From: Antedon mediterranea
Lineage: Eukaryota; Animalia; Echinodermata
Assembly (NCBI RefSeq): GCF_964355755.1
Contig: NC_092672.1
Span: 22,085,237 to 22,149,236 of the forward strand
Direction of reading: 5' to 3'
Length of the DNA: 64,000 nucleotides
Part shown: one piece after another, positions 60,992 through 64,000 of the stretch
Numbering within the stretch: position 1 is the stretch's first letter
Layout of the letters: every line of letters starts with the position of its first letter
Notes under the pieces: model-generated
Told to the model about the DNA's origin: nothing
Database searches by the model: none
Seen by the model: the letters and a program-made list of their open reading frames with translations, nothing else
Program-made: the position numbers and the translations under genes

Positions 60992-61709
60992 AATTAATCC
61001 GGGCATGGTCTCACGTACCACGACAGTATGAAACGCCATGTGTCCCAAATATGTATTATAAAATACACAGAATCACCATTTCTAATAAATACCACATTAT
61101 AAATCCACTTGTATTTTAACTATTTACACCGAATGTTTGCACTTTGTTTATAACTATTGCAGATCATGTACGGTGACATACATAACGAATAAAAATAGGC
61201 TTATAAATAAACGTGCCTTCAATAACTGAGAAGTCTGTATAGGTATTAACTCCAATAACGCTTTATATATTTCCGATATATGTAAGCCGACTGTGTCATT
61301 AGCACATGTTATCAAAAGCATCTTATACATTTTTTTTATATTTTTTTTTTGGGTAGGGTATATGTAGGGTATATGACACCTAGGCCTAACTATATTTATA
61401 TGGTCATACAACGCCTACTATTTATGCTCAATATAGAGATTTAAATACAACGCCTACTATACTATGTTTCCATTACTACTAACCAACACTTTATATACAC
61501 AGTCATACAGATAGGCACTAAGTCGCAGTTTCAACGCGTCCTCCACTAATAACATGATCATACTTACTCAAAGAGATTTGGATACTGCGCCGAATAGGCA
61601 ATTATTAGTATCAATCCTCTTAAACTGTATATTATTATTATAGTAAAACATTCACATAAATAAAGTAACTCCGAATACTATGTAAAATCAAAGAGGAAAT
61701 AAGACTCAC

Positions 61710-61779
61710 CAGAGGTATTGAGAGCATGCACCGACTCTAGGAACAACGTACCAATCAATTCACCCATCCATATTATCAT
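61710..61779 (-). CDS. Candidate alternative first (signal peptide) exon of the cytokine receptor
   Basis: ATG...MIIWMGELIGTLFLESVHALNTS then G|gtgagt; this phase-1 donor is compatible with the acceptor at 54055; in-frame stops lie upstream. Confidence 0.4.
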
Positions 61780-64000
61780 GTTGTCATTCTCTCGATTTAA
61801 TATTCACTAATCCAAAATTGAACCAATATTATAAGTCACCGATTCCAGTGTGTGTACAATAACAATAGCAGCATACTAAACACAAATAGAACACCTTTGT
61901 GTATGTATAACGTTTGATTTAGCACGCCGAGTTTCAGTTCTGAGAAAAGCCGAATAGGATATTTAAAGTATTTCCATAAATCATGGATTAATGAATGATA
62001 AATCCGGTTTCTGCTGCCAAGAAAATCGTAAATATACGGTATATTTCATATACAGTACTGTTTAGTTATCTCGATTGTTTTTGACGCACACAAACAATAC
62101 AACTTGGTCATGACTACAAGTCGGGTAGAGACAGGCTTGCTCGATTAGATTTCTTCTCCCAATTCATACTTCCGACGAAACGCATTTTTTTTGGTAAAGG
62201 AAGCCGAAAACAGTCCTCCCACAAAGTAGGTTTAGGCCTAAATTGATAAAAGGAGAAAAAAATCTTACCAGATATGCAGGAATAAATACAATTGTACAAT
62301 TGTATCATGGCCAATTCAACAAAGCAGGATATAAAGGTGTACAAAATCAGCGTGGGGAATTCAGTATCTGAACACCGATTGAAACGGGGGCGGTTAAAAG
62401 TGCTTGAAACATACCAGGCATTGCATAAAAGCATTAAAAAAACACGTTATAACAAGTTATACATTCGCAACTTCGTGTGTTTTGCGCTACCTTTTAAAAT
62501 TAAGACATAGTCCCAGTTTACATTTCATTTTGTTTTTTATGTTCTTTTCATTTTCATCTATTATTTCCTTTTAACATATTTGTATAAATAAACTCCGAAT
62601 ACTTGGTTATGATCAAATAAAGTTCAAACATTAAATTATGAGTTCTTCCCTCTTATTATATGGAATTGGTTGTTTTATACTATTATGTTATTTATACATA
62701 ATCCGTACATTGCTTTTTTGTATTTTAACCTATGTAGGCCTATATATTTTTTATGACGAATAAACTTGAATTGGAGATATTTCTCTACCTGTCTAAATCA
62801 GACACATTCTTCTACACAGCAGCACAACAATGGAACATATTACCACACATTTTAAAAACCATTTTTAGCAAGACAGATTTTAAATTTAAAGTAAAGGAAT
62901 ATTTAGCAACGTCTCATGAATGAATAAATGACAGATGTATTTTAACTTACTGTAAGTCGACTTTAAAGAATGACTTGTAATATTATTTGAATAATCAATT
63001 TTATACAGTATGCTTTTATATGCTATGTTTTATTGTTTTACTGGTTTAATATTTTATTGTTTGTATGTATAATGTACCCCAATGGAAATAAGCTGGAATG
63101 ATATTTACCGGCTTTTTGGGTTATCCATGGAACTACCGTATGTTTTAATTGTTCTTGTTTACCAATTGTAATGTATATTTGTGTACTTCCGAATCAATTC
63201 AAACGAATGTTTAAGTGCTTAGAAGCATTGTGCAATAAGCGCTTTGTACGAACGAATATTATTATTATTAAGAGAGAAACAATATATATAGAAAAGCAAA
63301 GCACTGAATTGCCATCATATTCTTCTATGCTTTCTTCTATGTAACCGGTTCTTGCTGGTTACACACCAAATTCGGGATGGATTCGAGGTGACGTTCAGAT
63401 AGTTTTATTCTCACTGCGGATCAGTCAATAAGAGATGAGGTTTCTTATTGATGTCCACATCGAAATTCTGACCAAATCCATTTTCCGCGAAAGGAACCGA
63501 CAACTTCGCGCATAAAAGACACTGCGATAAATATGTACTATATGAACAGCGATATAAATGTATTAAATAATAATGATATTATTTACCATTTTTATATGAT
63601 TTCATAATTAATAGAATGCAACGAAATATTAACTTAATTAACCAAATAAATGTATATGTACAAAAATGGTAGGGTCCAACTAACTTAACTAATTAAAACT
63701 AGTATTTTAAGGAAAGATAAACAATTAACTTTACTAAATTAACCGGACTAAGAAAATATAAACAGCATGAATATTTTGGAGGTGTGAAAATAATCTTATT
63801 TCAGGAAGTTCTTAATGAGATAATAGTTAATTCACATGTGTATTAAGATATTAATGCAGAACAAAGGAAATAACAAGATAAAATACAAATAAGTAACAGG
63901 CCAGATAATTACCATAAGTAGAATATTTTAGCACTTTGTCGTAATTCAATGTTGTAATTCAATAAATGTGTACAATGTTAAACAACACACTGTTACATTA

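Noticed and set aside
62114-62510. ORFs of 106 and 72 aa near the right end
   Set aside because: No recognisable domain or splice structure; possibly a decayed LINE 3' end but I cannot support a call.

Overview
AT-rich, intron-containing animal genomic DNA, probably an invertebrate deuterostome such as an echinoderm (inferred from gene content and repeat style). I reconstructed four host genes exon by exon from GT-AG sites and reading phase. (1) Myosin XIX-like on the minus strand, 5' part only, running off the left edge. (2) OGFOD2 on the plus strand, head-to-head with MYO19, complete. (3) A theta-class GST on the minus strand, complete. (4) A class I cytokine receptor of the gp130/domeless type on the minus strand, complete. 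Introns and intergenic DNA are packed with nested TIR transposons/MITEs, LINE and LTR remnants and minisatellites; most long entries in the ORF track are artefacts of these repeats. Main observations: a full-length young LINE whose ORF1 has a 2A/StopGo motif and is joined in frame to an AUG-less ORF2 by a single UAG; a 2-kb DNA transposon inside a MYO19 coding exon whose end creates in-frame splice sites; four 23-41-bp CA...TG palindromes with 7-bp target duplications that resemble P-element excision footprints; and tandem repeats seeded on exon boundaries (decoy donors and acceptors, a triplicated in-frame exon, an in-frame duplication beside the OGFOD2 active site). All calls were made by eye, with no database searches.
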